A stretch of DNA of 59,123 bases, the filler included, from Fonticula-like sp. SCN 57-25 (taxonomy: Eukaryota): NCBI GenBank assembly GCA_001724245.1. It is 4 parts of 4 records of this genome, joined end to end, with 100 filler letters (N's around TTAATTAATTAA, not from the genome) between each part and the next. Parts side by side here need not be neighbours in the genome. Positions count along the whole stretch, not along the records: positions 1 to 17,452 come from MEDX01000681.1; 3 more parts are not named here. One strand, 5' to 3'. Below the pieces are notes generated by a model that was not told the origin of the DNA, did no database searches, and was given only the letters and a program-made list of their open reading frames with translations. The position numbers were made by a program, and so were the translations under genes. Positions 1 to 12,543 of the stretch are shown piece by piece. Every line of letters starts with the position of its first letter. Within the stretch, counting starts at the first letter, position 1.

Positions 1-3000
1 CATGGTACGCGCTCGTATTAATCAGTAGAGCTGTTGTTAACGTTTGTTTTATTAGCATCCGCACTGAATGTTATCGGTATTTCGAGTACGGCGTGGAAGG
101 GCTGCACTCCGCCTCAGATCCGCATTTCGCTCAACAACGTTGTCGCCGTCCCTACTGTGCGATACTTGCCCCCTTTCGACCCCGGCTAACCCCCGCGAAT
201 AGTCGTCGTGGAAGTGCCGCTTTGTATCGTCCACGGAGACGATTGACGTCTCCGTTGTCAACTACGATGCCGGCGCACAGAACGTTCTCTGCCAGGCGCG
301 TGCCGCCTGGGTGACCGGCTCGTACGCTTACGGCGTGGTCAATCCCGGCGGATCCTTCTTTGAAGGCGTTACCCCGCACATCACCGTATCGGATGGTACG
401 CTTTCCGCGCGCTCTTTTGATTGCCTGCTGACTGCGGTATGCAGCGGACATTAGCGCCGCCGACAGCGAGTACATTCCTCGCGCGTCGTACCAGGCGGGT
501 GACGAGATCGTTGTCGAGGTGACGCCGCTTTCGGCTTGCCAGACGAGCATTTCGACCTGCACGCAGGACAGCGAGACCTTTGAGATTAACTTTTCTGGCC
601 TGTCGACGCAGCCGCCGCGCAGCCCCGTCTCGCTGACCAGCCTCGGCGACTGCGTCTTCTCTGTTAACCTCACCACGACGGGCAACTTTCCGTTCGAGAT
701 CACGTTCAAGGGCAGCACGGTCGAGTCAAACACGTTTGCCATCACGGCCGGCGCGTTTTCGCCGAGCCTCTCGACGATCAACGAGGCCGATCTTGTCAAC
801 CTGAACGTTGGCGCTGAAGCCTGCTTTGGCGTCACCGTTTCCGACGCGTACGGCAACCAGATCCCGAACTTGCTGATTTCCAACTTTGCCTTTGATTGGC
901 GCTCGGCGCCTCTGACGACCGTCTCTGGCGTCCGCCTTGCGAGCTCGACGGGCGGCGTGTACTCTCTGTGCTTTTCGCCCAACCTTGCTGCTGAGCAGCA
1001 GCTCGGCGTCCGCATCCAGAACAAGGACATTTCCAACTCGCCCGTCAACATCACCATCACGGCCGGCGCCTTTGACCCTGCGCACGCCGTGCCGGTCGAC
1101 TACACTACCTGCTCGTCGACGCCGGCGCTGCTCTGCGTGTCGCCGGCGACCGAGCTCGGCCTCACGACGGCCAAGGCCGGCGCCGTGTCAAAGTTCTCCA
1201 TCCTCTCGCGCGACGTGCTCGGCAACCAAAAGCTGAGCTCGACCGAGGTGGACGTTTCAAAGTTCCTCGTCGTGCTTGAGCGCGTCGGCGGCAACGAGAC
1301 TGTCACCGCCACCGTCACTGCTGGCGACGGCCGCTTCTTTGCCGTCTCGTACACTGCCACCGTCAAGGGCTCGTACCTCGTCAAGCTGAGCTATGACGGC
1401 GTCGCCCTCAACGCCGGCGTGCTGCCCGACGTGATTGTGACCGCCGGCACCGTGGCGATCAACTCGTCGCCGCTCGACCCGTCGACGGCCATCTCGGTCA
1501 TTGCCGGCTCGACCGTCGTCGCCAAGGTCACCGCGTACGACTCGCTCGGCAACCTCGCCGACAGCGACCCCAACTGGACCGCCGCGCTCGTCGGCAGCGT
1601 CAACATTGCCTGCCCCATCTCTGAGCTCGCGCCGGCGCAGTACACGGCCAACTGCCGCGCCAACATTACCGGCCAGTTTGACCTCACGTTTTCGTACACT
1701 GGCATCGTAAAGGTCGCCAAGCGCGCTGTCACTGTCACGCCTGGTACGATTCTTTTCTCTTTTTGCGCCGCATTTACTGACGGAAATTCTTTTTTTAGCT
1801 GCCGTTTCGGGTGCTCTGTCGACGTTTGGCCCGATCGACACGATCATTACTGCCGGCGCGAATGTGTCGTTTGGTATCGAGTCCTTTGATCTTTATGGCA
1901 ACGCTGGCGGCACTGCCCTCTCATACCAGGTGTTCCGCACTCTCATGGCGCCCAGCCGCTCGTCGACTCAGGTACGCGCGGGGTCTTTAATGGTTCGTTT
2001 GTGCTGACAATGCCTCTGAAGCGCCCCAACATTCCCGATGCGACGTTTGTTTCCGGCAATGACTACTTGACGACGTTCAAGCTCACTGGCGCCGACACGT
2101 ACAATGTGACGGTGACGTTCAACGGCGTGCCGCTTCGCCCGATGGGCAACACGACCATTGTGGTGCTGCCGAGCGTTACTTCAGGCGGCCAGTCGACGCT
2201 CACGCTCGTCGGAAACGCAACTGTCGGGTCGCCGGTGACGTTTACGCTCACGGCTCACGACGAGTTTATGAACGTGCAGGTGTACAACGAGGTCGAGCTG
2301 GTACGTTTTTGCACTTTTTTGGACATTTTTGGGTCCTTTTTCGGTCCTTTTCAGTACTGACAGCGCTCCTTTTTTCTCTTCTGCAGTTTTCGCTCAAGGC
2401 GACTCAGGGCGAAATTGAAGTTGCCGGTGTCATTTCGACGACTTCCACCCCCGGCATCTACAATGTCCAGTTCCCGCTTACTGTCACTGGCTTTTACCAG
2501 ATCACTGGCTCGTACGCCGGCTCGCTCGCCTTCATCGACGAAGTCACTGTCTCCCCCGGCCCCGTGATGCCCACCCAGTCCTCCTTCACCTCCAACAGCC
2601 CCGGCCACACTGGCGCGAGCGCCGGCGAAAAAGCCTCGATCTACATTCAGGGCCGCGACACTGGCGGCAACCCGATCGCCTTTGCCGACGATTACGAAGT
2701 CACGATTGAAGGCACGGCGCGCCGCCGCGACTCTTTTGTGTACGAGTGCGTCAAGGACACGACGTCGGACTATGCGCAGCAGGCGGCGCTTCACGGCATC
2801 AGCGTGTACACGTACACGATCACGCAGTCGGGCACGTTCTCGCTGTATGTCCGCATCAATGGCACGCTGATGGCGGGGTCGCCGTCAGCGCTGACTGTGT
2901 CGCCGACGCCCGCCGTGCTGGCCGGTGCGTCGCTGCAGGGGCCGACGTCGGCGCTCGTGGGTGAGCAGCTGTCGTACACGCTCGCGCTCGAAGATCAGTA

Positions 3001-3906
3001 TGGAAATCCGGTTAGCGGCGCAGACACTGTTTCGGCCATCCTTGTCGGTACGTGATAGAAATGGAGTTGTCATTTTCGTAGTAGTTTTTGTGGCTTATGT
3101 GCCATTTTTGTGCCATTTTGTCCCTATTTTGTGCCGTTTCTCGTGCCATTTTTGCACTTTTACTGACACTTTTTTCAGGTGACGGCGCCGGTATTGTCGC
3201 TTCGGTTTCGTTCAACACTGCCACTTCGCTCTACACGCTCGTCTTCAAGCCAACCGTCGGCGGTGTCTTTTCCGTCGCCGTGACGCTCAACAACAACCTT
3301 GAAGTCCCCCCCACGAGCCTTTCCGTCTACGCCACCGTCGGCGGCGAGTGCACCGGCTTTAGCGACCCCATCAACCAGGGCCAAGAGTGGGTGCTCACCT
3401 GCTACGCCTTTGACGTGTACGGCCGCCGCCGCTCTGTCGGCAACGACGCCATCCAAGTCATCGCTGAAGGCGCCACAATCGTCATTGTCGACCTCGGCGA
3501 CGGCTCGTACACTGTCACGTACAGCTCGAGCTACATTGGCGGCCACGAAGTTGTCGTGCTCTTCAACAACAAGGAGTGCACCAACATGCCGCTGAATGTT
3601 GTTGTCATCCCCGGCGCGGTCGTGCTCGGCACGGTCATCCCGGCCATCTTTATTGCGGGCCTCATCATCATTGGCCTCGTGGTCTACTTTAGGAGGCGCA
3701 AGCAGCGCCGCATTGCGCTGCTCAAGAGGCAGCGCAAGCCAGAGATGGTGTTCCCGGTCAATGACTATGAGGAGGAGTGGGAGTACGATGGCGGCGACCA
3801 GCTCGACCAGGAGGAGGAGTGGTTCATCGATCAGGATAACCTCACGGCGGAGGATAAGTTGAAGCACGCGCACACGGTCGCGATGCGCGAGATTGGGGGT
3901 GCTTAA
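1..3906 (+). CDS. Multi-exon filamin/Ig-like repeat type I membrane protein (5' end lies outside the window)
   Basis: Repeated filamin-type beta-sandwich motifs (e.g. AGAVSKFSILSRDVLGN, YTATVKGSYLVKLSYDG, DLGDGSYTVTYSSSYIGGHEVVVLFN). One TM helix VVLGTVIPAIFIAGLIIIGLVVYF is followed by RRRKQRR and an acidic tail. The ORFs are joined by short GT-AG introns. Confidence 0.85.
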
Positions 3907-4324
3907 GAGGAGAACAGGAAAGAACTTTCTTTTGCATAGCTTTTCTATTTATGCGCCTTTGCTTTAGCCACGTTTTTCTCTTTTACGCGCTAGCTTGTAC
4001 ATGTCATGCCTCTTTCATTCACATTCCAACAGAAAATAATACTAGTAGTTGAGTTGACTGTTTTAGTACAAGAAAGATATTCGGTGTGTGCCATGCGGCC
4101 TGCTTCAGTGACTGTTTGGAAAAAGAACAAGTTTTTGAAACAAAGTGTACGTAAAGTTGACCCCCAAAAGGCCACTTTGCTGCTCTCTTTGACTGACTTA
4201 CTGTTTGTAATATCATAATATTATGGTTTTTTCGAGTTTTATTCAAATTGCTGTATTGAGGGTGGGTCGCGGAATAACTCTGGGCGTCCTACGGGCAATA
4301 CACATGGCACTGCACAAAGCGCGC

Positions 4325-5126
4325 TTACACGGTCTCGACATCGCGGTGGGTGGAGGCAACCGGGACGTGGGCACCGCCCTGCACCTGGGTGGTGAGGTTG
4401 ACGTCGCACAGGCGCCACGCGGCGAGGATGCGGACGGCAAAGTTGCACATGTCCTCAAAGATGAGGAAGAAGGGCTTGATGACGACGCGGACGGCGCGGT
4501 TGAGGGAAAGGATGAGGACAAACATCGGGGCGATGATGGCCGAGTAGATGAGGTGGAAGACGGGCTTGAGGAGCGAGTCCGAGAGGATCTGGGTCGGGAT
4601 GTAGCAGAAGGCGCTGGTGATCCAGGCAAAGAAGTAGAGGGCCTGGTGGACGAGGGTCGACACGATCGTCATGATCAGGCGGATGAAGCCAAAGAACTCG
4701 GCCCACACGCGGTTGCTGAGGGGCTCGCAGTCGGTGGCGACACGCTCCATGAAGGCGTTGGTCTGGTAGTTGTGGTGCTCGGCAGTGTACTCGGCGGCAT
4801 CAATCGGGCCAAAGACGTACTCCTTGGGCTCGACGCTAGCGATCGGGGGGTAAGCAAGCGTGGGGGGGAGACAAGCGCAGCGTACTCCTCAACGGGGGTG
4901 AGGTAGCAGCCCTCCATGTTGACGCTCTTGGACTTCTTCTTCTCCTGCGGGATCCCAACGGTCAACGGTCAGCGCGCGTGGTCCACGACAAGGGATCGCG
5001 TACCGAGGTCGGGGCGGGGAGCGGCGGGGCATCGGCGTACGAGTTCTCGGCGGCGGCCGGCTCCTGCGAGTAGTAGGTGACCGGGGGGGCCTCGCCGGTG
5101 GGCGAAGAGGTGTTGGACGACGACAT
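4325..5126 (-). CDS. Three-exon hypothetical membrane-associated protein with a long amphipathic/hydrophobic region (possibly caveolin-like)
   Basis: ATG at 5126 and two GTACG..AG introns give a continuous ORF MSSSNTSSPT...EKKKSKSVNMEGCYLTPVE...VEPKEYVFGP...MERVATDC...RLCDVNLTTQ...ETV*. Confidence 0.75.
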
Positions 5127-5224
5127 CGTGGTGGGAGGGGAAGGATCGAGCAAGGAGCAAGTGCGGAAGAACAGCGACCGTTTCTGAAAAATGTAACGAA
5201 CAATAACGGTTACTTTTGAATTGA

Positions 5225-5387
5225 CCAATCACGGGAGAGTCTTATTTCTTGACCACCAATCAGCATCGAGTATTCGAATTACACAGAGAAAGAAGAGAAA
5301 ATCGTTGACCCCCAGAGTCTGCCCCGGACAATGTGGTTTTTGCGCCACACAAAGTCTGGGGCAGACTCTGTGTTTGGGGCAGACTCG
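5225..5387. promoter_or_regulatory. Bidirectional promoter region with two CCAAT boxes and an inverted/direct repeat
   Basis: Lies in the 274-bp gap between divergent ATGs (5126 minus, 5401 plus). CCAATC occurs at 5225 and 5256. There is a 17-bp inverted repeat (5313-5329 vs 5354-5370, one mismatch) and a third partial copy at 5372-5387. Confidence 0.5.
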
Positions 5388-5400
5388 GTCTTTCGCAAAG

Positions 5401-6000
5401 ATGAAGCACGGCGTGGCGATGCGCAAGCTCAACCGGGACACGGCCCATCGGCTGGCCATGTTCCGGACAATGGTGACGCAGCTGATAGAGCACGAGCGCA
5501 TTACGACGACACTACCAAAGGCAAAGGAGCTGAGGCGGTGGGCCGACAAGATCGTCGGGCTGGCCAAGAAGGGCGACCTCGCCGCCCGCCGCGCCGCGAT
5601 TGCCATCCTGCGGTCGCCCGAGGCCGTCCAGAAGGCGTTTATTCACTTTCCGGAGCGCTACGCTACCCGCCAGGGCGGTTACACGCGCGTTCTCAAGGTG
5701 CGTTCTATGGTTACTTTTATTGTGGTTTTTTGACACATTTTTTCTCTATAGAACGGCTTCCGGCAACGCGATGACGCCCCGCTGGCCATCATTGAGTTTG
5801 TGGACAATCCGCACGGCAATATCCCGAGCCCACGAAAGGAGCGCATGATGGCGCAGCACGCGCGTCTCTCTGCAGCCGCCGGCGGAGTTGCCGAGGCGAC
5901 GAACGCTGTCGAGGCTGCCCAGGATCGCATGGTTGGCCGCGTTACTGCTGCGCGCGCCGCCCGCCGCGCGGCCGCCGCCGAGCCGTCGTCGTCGTCATAA
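5401..6000 (+). CDS. MRPL17: Mitochondrial ribosomal protein bL17 (two exons)
   Basis: MKHGVAMRKLNRDTAHRLAMFRTMVTQLIEHERITTTLPKAKELRRWADK...RQGGYTRVLK, intron 5698-5751, then NGFRQRDDAPLAIIEFVD. This is the classic bL17 signature. Confidence 0.93.
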
Positions 6001-6063
6001 GAGAACTATTTGGTAAACTTAATTGATTTCTAGTTTAAATACACATTTGGATATTGACTCTTG

Positions 6064-7444
6064 TTACCATGCGCTGACGCGCGCCTTAAACTGCTCCCTT
6101 GACATTCCCGCGCGCGCCAGCGCCGTCTCAAAGCTCGCCGTCCGCATCCACAGCCTCATACAGTCTCGCTCGAGCATCTCGACGACATCACCGAGCGCCT
6201 CGTCAAACACGCCGTCGTCCGTGCGCCCCTCCCTCTGCGCGCGCAAGATGCGCTGCCGCGCCGGTCCGTCAATGTTGATCTCTTGCGGCGCTTCGACCGC
6301 CACGTACAGCTGGACAATCTCGTCGAGCACGCGCATGCGCCCGAGGTCGTCCGAGAGCGACATGGCGCCAAAGTCGCGCGCGGCAATGTAAAACATGAGC
6401 AGCTCGGAGCGCCAAGTGTCCACGAGGTGCCGCTGAAAGGCGGCTGCCAGGGAAGGCGTGTCGAGCACGGCCTCGACGAGGCACGAGCGGCCGCTGGCGG
6501 CCGACGAGAGGTCGTCGAGCGGCGCGGCCAGGCGGTGCGCAGGCGCGTAGCGGTGCACAAAGCTGAGCACGGCGGGGAGAAGCAGCACGACGCCGCAGGT
6601 GAACACGACAAAGATGAGCTCAAAGAGGTACGGGAAGGGCGTCCACCCGAGCGCGCTGTCCAACAGCCATACCACAGCGAGCGGCAAGTCAACAGCGCTC
6701 AACATCTGCAAGAGTCAGCAAAGGTAAATACAAAAAGAGGACGCACCAAGAGCTCTGCTTTGATGGCGAAAAAGTCGCTGGCGCGCCACAGTGCCCACCA
6801 AAGCAGCGCGACGAGGATCACCGAGATGACCACCTGCGACACGAGCGCCGGCATCATCGCAAATGTGCATGGCGACGCAACACGCTCCCACGACACAATG
6901 TCGTCGCTTTCCACTCTGGAAGTGGTCGTGAGACACGCACCGAGATTGGCAAGGGGCGCACTTTGATAGGCTGAGGTGCGCGATCGCGGCCCAAAAGCCG
7001 AGGACGGCTGCGTAGTAGAGGAACTGGTAGGGCGCCTTGCTCGTCCACCGCAGACGCACGTGCCAGGGGTTGGGACCGCCGCGCAGGCATGCGTCATGAT
7101 AGTCGAACCTGTAGAACAGCGTGTAGCACCGGATGATGATGGGCTGTGTGACACATGTCAGGATTGAATGCAAGTATTGATAGGCGTACGAGAAAGACGG
7201 CGGGCAGCCAGAGCATCGTCGAATAGTTAACCGCCCGCGTGCACGTCTTCGTCTCGCCAGCGGGGGTCTCGGACAGGTGCGCGATGCACACGATCACATA
7301 GTGAGCGAGGCCTGCCGCCGCCACGAGCATCGACATGGCCCACCCGCGCGATGCCACCGGCTCATGCCCGCGCCGTGCTACAAAGATCCCAACGCACAAA
7401 AGCTGAAACGCAAGGCCAATGGCCAGCGCGTACGCGAGCCGCAT
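6064..7444 (-). CDS. Multi-pass membrane protein with C-terminal RGS domain (7TM-RGS architecture), multi-exon
   Basis: Several hydrophobic helices precede an RGS domain (LVEAVLDTPSLAAAFQRHLVDTWRSELLMFY...EIVQLYVAVEAPQEINIDGPARQRI...VFDEALGDVVEMLERDC). Confidence 0.85.
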
Positions 7445-7773
7445 CCCCGACGCCGTTTGAGGCTAACGGCGGTGGCCCCGAGTTAAACGACGGCCCCCGG
7501 GGGCCCCTCTCCCGCCACAGCCCCTGTGCCTGCCATCATCAGAGTCTGGGGTGGATTCTGACGCTGTCGTTGCTTTCAAAGCGCAGCGTCACAGTGGAAC
7601 GACATGACACGGCGTTAAACGCAACTGGTATAATAGGTACACTTGACATACATTTACAAAAAACTATTTCGTACAAAAGCGGAATTCGGGTATTGACACT
7701 TGGCACATCTGCATGCCAAGATGCCCATGTTCAAAAAATTTCAAAAAATTACAGCAGATCATGGACGTGCAGA

Positions 7774-8577
7774 TCAAATGCTTGGGAAAATGAGGTCGGC
7801 CGACACAGAGGCGAGGTCGGCGCCCGTGGAGGTCATCATGCCATCGTCTGCCGGCATCCTCTGTTTGCCATACAGCGGCGGCGCTGCGGCCTCGTGGCCC
7901 CAACCCGCGCGCATCGACTGGGCTGCATAGCTCACCGGGCCTATTAAGAGTCAGCAAATGAGTGCACGTGGCCGTCAACGTACTTTGAAGGCGCGGTAGC
8001 CAGTTTACCGATAGCACAGCGTCGTCGGTGGCGTTGACGTGCGACAGCTTGTGGTTGCCGTGAACGCGCGGGAGAATCGACTGGTGCGCGCGAAGGTGCA
8101 ATTGGAGCGCGTCCAGGTGCCCTACAGTCACGCTAAGCAAGCAAAAAAAAACCCCACCACAATGTACCTTTTGAAATGTCAAAGAGATATGTAAAGGCGG
8201 GGCGGCACATGTCGCCCATTGGCTGCACGCGGTACATGTACACTTCGCGTTGGCGGTTGCCGCCTCGTCTTGATGGGCTCGCGCGGCACTGCTGAAGGAT
8301 GATCAGCAGGTAAAATTCGCGTGCGCGCTTGTCCATGCGCGCAAGGTCACGTCGAAACAGCAGCACCGATTCGGTATCCATCTTTGCCAGGCATTGCTGC
8401 GGTAAAGTTGAGCATCTGGCAGACAGCAGACAAATCACGCAAGCGCACTTTGGAGCAGCAAAAGTCCTTTGCAGCACTCGCCTCTTCCTTGCCGTGCATT
8501 CCTCCCACCATGGGCCCCACCAGCCCCGGCGGGAGCACGCCCGCCTGCCGCTCGTCGTCGTCGTCCAGCGGCTCCAT
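7774..8577 (-). CDS. Four-exon protein resembling the Cys/His N-terminal region of Sola-like/DUF7869-type transposases, without catalytic domain
   Basis: Exons 8577-8449, 8396-8168, 8121-7984 and about 7940-7774 splice in phase. Motifs: CCSKQCL, CRPAFTYLFDISKGHLDALQLH, PRVHGNHKLSHVNA. Confidence 0.6.
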
Positions 8578-9108
8578 GCGTCACCCTCTCAGCTGTCAGC
8601 GGGGCTTTTCCCGCCACAAACAATCCATCACATGATATACAGGCCTGTCACAGGCCTGTTGCGAGTGCGTGTTTCATTGTCAGGTGTGGCGCAGCAGGCG
8701 GAGCAAAGGGACCCCCAGTCGTCGTCGAGGGCCTTTTTCTGTGTTGTTTCAGCTCGCCGTGGCCGCTTTCTGCATCGCTGACACAAGCACGTTTTCTGCT
8801 CTCCTTCTCTCCGGGCGCTCGTGCGCACCAGCATCAAGCGAGCCTCGGGTGCTCGGGCCAATCACCTGCTGCGTAAAAGCGATCAGTAGCGAACTGCGAG
8901 GCGCCGCCTTTTCTCTATTCCTTTTTTCCCTTTTCGCATAGAGGCGAAGGGGAGAACGGGCGGCAGTTTACTTTCGCTTCTTTTCAGTCTTTTACTCTTG
9001 GATTTACTTTTCCACCCCTTTCACGGATCTTTCCTCTACCTGGGAAACGCGGCCGATCGCCCGTCTCGCCCGACTTTTTTCGTCTACTTTTACCACTGTA
9101 TCTTTTAA

Positions 9109-11089
9109 ATGGGTAAGCGCAAGCCCGGGGGCCTTCCGTCGTCGCCGCTCGTGAGCGGCTCGTCGAGCGGATCTCTGGCATCATTATCGCTATCCCAGTC
9201 ATCGAGCGGGTCATCGCAATCGCTGCCCGGCACGCCGCGCAAGCCAAGAAAGCCACGGGTGCGCAGTCTTTTTCCCTTGCTTTTCTTTTATCTGACCTTT
9301 TTGCCGCAGACGGTGTCGCAGTCGCGGGTACTGCCCGGCGAAATCACCGAGCGCCAGCTATCGACGCCAAACATGATTCTCGGCCATGCCGCCTTTCCAA
9401 TCTTTCTACAGTCGTTTACGGTGCTGCTGATCCAGCTGTCGCTCATGTTTGGCGGTTTTGCGCCTTCCTCAAGACTCTGGGAGGTGCTGCCCTACGTCGT
9501 GCTCAGCTTTTTGTGCATCGAAGTCACGCGCCTCATCCTGGCCCGGTACGCATGGCGCATCAAACTGGGGCGGAAAAGGGCGGCGGATCGCCGTTTTTTG
9601 GTCATTTTTGTGTCTTTTTTCGCCTTCTTTTTCGCCTTTTCTTACCCATTTTTGTCGCAGTTACCCGACAAGTCGCATCCCTTCCTTCCTGAACCTGATC
9701 CCCTTTTCGTACATTTGCTTCTTTTCCAAAGAAAGCCACATTTACGTCTCGATGGTCTGGTATTTCATGTTTGCGCTTGTCCGCCGCCGCGAGACACTGA
9801 GCGACACGCGCGGCTCGTTCATGCGCATGCTCGTCCTCTTTTACGTCGCGTACAGCATCGACATTGCGATTCTCTGGGCCTTTTGCGAGCCCAACCACCC
9901 GATCTACCTGTTCCGCCTCGAGACGCCCATTGTGTTTAGGGAGGAAATCGTAGCGTACACGCTCGTCTTTGTCATCCATTTTGGAGTGTCTCTTCTCGAG
10001 TACAACCGCCTTCTCGCAGGCGAGGTCGACGAGGCCACTGTACGTTTGGTATTCATTGTTTTTTTTGTGGATTAAAAGGGAAATTGTGGATGTTTGCGGC
10101 CTTTTTTTGTGTTTTTTGGTTCTTTTTTGGCTGTTTTTGCATCTTTTCTGACACTTTTTCCCCTCTTTTTTCCCACTTTTCCCTTGCCTTTCCTCACTTT
10201 TCTTTATCAGACGAGCGCGAGCAGCAGTGGTAGCCGCACTTTGACCCCGCCGTCGACGATCCAGTCCACTTCCTCGACCGCCGCCGCCGCCTCTGCCGCC
10301 GCCGAAGCGAGCAGCGCCAACCTTACAGTGACTGTCGCCACCCCCAAAAAGCGCAACAAGATCACTTCCGGCCTTCCCAATCCTTCCCCCATCATTGGCA
10401 CCGCCGCTCGCTGGGAAATCGACATGGCCGAGCTCGAATTCGGCGACATGATTGGCAAAGGCGCCTCTGGCTCTGTCTTTAAAGGCCTCTGGAACAACGA
10501 GCGCGTTGCCATCAAGCGTCTCGTCTCAATGTCGCCGACCTCTGAAGCCGAACTGCTGAGTCAGCTTAGCCACCGCAACATTATTCTGTTCCGCGGCATG
10601 GTGAGCAGCCCGACAAACCCGTGCATTGTGATAGAGTACGCCGACAGTGGGTCAGTGTATGACTATCTGTACAAGAGCAAGCGCCCAATGGACGGCCGCG
10701 CGGTGCTTAATTGGGCGCGCCAAATCGCCACTGGAATGGATTATTTGCATACTGGCGCGCAGCGTCAGGTGATTCACCGTGACTTGAAATCGAGCAATAT
10801 TCTTGTCAAGGGGAGCACGCTAAAGATTAGTGATTTTGGGTTGTCAAAGGAGATGGACAAGACGGCGCAGATGAGCACGGTGGGGACGTACGCGTGGATG
10901 GCGCCAGAGGTGATCAAGCATGAGCAGTGTAGTGAAAAGGTGGATATTTGGAGTTATGCTGTTGTATTGTGGGAGCTCATCACAAGAGAGGTACGGAAAA
11001 GAAGTGGAAAGTGATACGGAAAACGTGTTTTTGTTGCAATTGTCGTCATTGAATGTTCATGTTAATTGTCATTGATAATGATGTTATTC

Positions 11090-11128
<39 letters not shown>

Positions 11129-11969
11129 GTAAAGTATGTTCATGATGTTACCATGTTGTTCATGATGATGATGATGTTATTGTTCATATGTTACCTGTTG
11201 TTCTTATTTTCAATATTTTTGCCCTTCTTTTTCCCCTTTTGATCTCTACTGACTCTTATTAGCTTCCTTATCATGGCATTGAACCGGTCGCAATCGCCTT
11301 TCACATTGGCCAAGGCACTCTTCGCGTACGTTTTTTCCTTTCCTTTTCCCTATCTAACGTTCCTTTCAGTTGCCTTCCAATCTTGAAAACCTTCCACCAT
11401 CCCTCAAACTCCTCCTCGACGCATGCTTTAGCTGGGCCCCCAAACTGCGCCCCTCCTTCAAAGACATTATCCAGCGCCTCGACCAAGCCGCCGAAACCAA
11501 CTTTGGCCAGCTCGACGCCGCCCAGCTCGCCGCCCAGCAGGCCGTATGGAAGCCCGCAATTCGCGAGGCCGTCGGCCGCTCATCTTCTTTTTCATTCTTT
11601 TCGTCGCCCGCCGCGGCAGCGCAGCCAGTGTCGCATAATAGACCTGCAAGGCCGCCTACGTCATCATCTTCTTTGTCGACGTCATCATCTGCGTCATCAT
11701 CATCAACATTGACGACATTGGCGGCGTCGCCCGCGGCCAGCAGCAGCGGCAGCAGCGGCAGTATCAAGATGAATGGCCACGTGGCGTCCAATGGCGCGTC
11801 GCCGAAATCGAAACAGTCGCCTGGTCGGCCGCCGGCGGTTTCTGCCGTGTCAGCGTTTGGCGGGCGGGTTCCAAAGTCGCCGGAGGTAAAGGCGGCAAAG
11901 CAGCCGCAGGGAAAGGCGGCCGGCGGGCAAAAGGGGAACGCGTGGATGAAACCGCCAAGTTTTGGGTGA
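9109..11969 (+). CDS. TKL kinase (MLK/ZAK-like) with N-terminal multi-pass membrane domain, multi-exon
   Basis: About six hydrophobic segments in 9310-10040. Kinase motifs: IGKGASGSVFKG, VAIK, IHRDLKSSNIL, DFG, GTYAWMAPEVI, EKVDIWSYAVVLWEL. Ser/Ala-rich C-terminal tail. Confidence 0.85.
11090..11128. repeat. (ATG/GAT)n microsatellite in a kinase intron
   Basis: About 13 perfect trinucleotide units, with degenerate copies continuing to about 11180. Confidence 0.9.
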
Positions 11970-12543
11970 CGGCCACGTGGTGAACCATAAAAGAGGAGAA
12001 GCAAAGAAGAAGAAGAAGAAGCAAGAAAAAGCAAGAGGATGAGTGCATATGTATGTCGGTTTCGCAGTTTATATTATCATTTTGTTGGAAAAGAAGGCGC
12101 GGCGAAGAAGGAAAAAAGGCGGCAGTTTATTTTGCCGCGCTTTTTTGAGTGTCGCGTGTTCATGTTTGTTTAATTTCTGATGATTTCCCTTTTAAAGTGA
12201 AAGAAAAATCATGTGGTTTTTGCCTGTGTCGTCATTCTCGTTATGGCATCGTTTAACTTTTTTACTCGTCTCGCCGTGTGCGCATCGATCCCCCATTGTA
12301 CCATTCCCCTTTCCTATTGGTGCCTCTCAATGAGAATTATCATACACATAACATTATCAGGAAAAAAGTGACCAAAAAGTGACCAAAAATTGGCAAAAAT
12401 ACATCAAAAAGTGGCTATTTTGCATCAAAAAGTGGCAAAATCACGTCAAAATGTTCAATTTTGATATTCATTTTTCGCATCAAAACGTTCACCATTCTTT
12501 CAAAATGTCTAGATGATATATTATGACGCTCTAGCGCCGACAA

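Noticed and set aside
4223-4906. 227-aa acidic ORF on the plus strand
   Set aside because: Antisense shadow of the spliced minus-strand gene. Such shadows are common in this GC3-rich DNA (also 152-1060, 6283-6966, 44871-45665).
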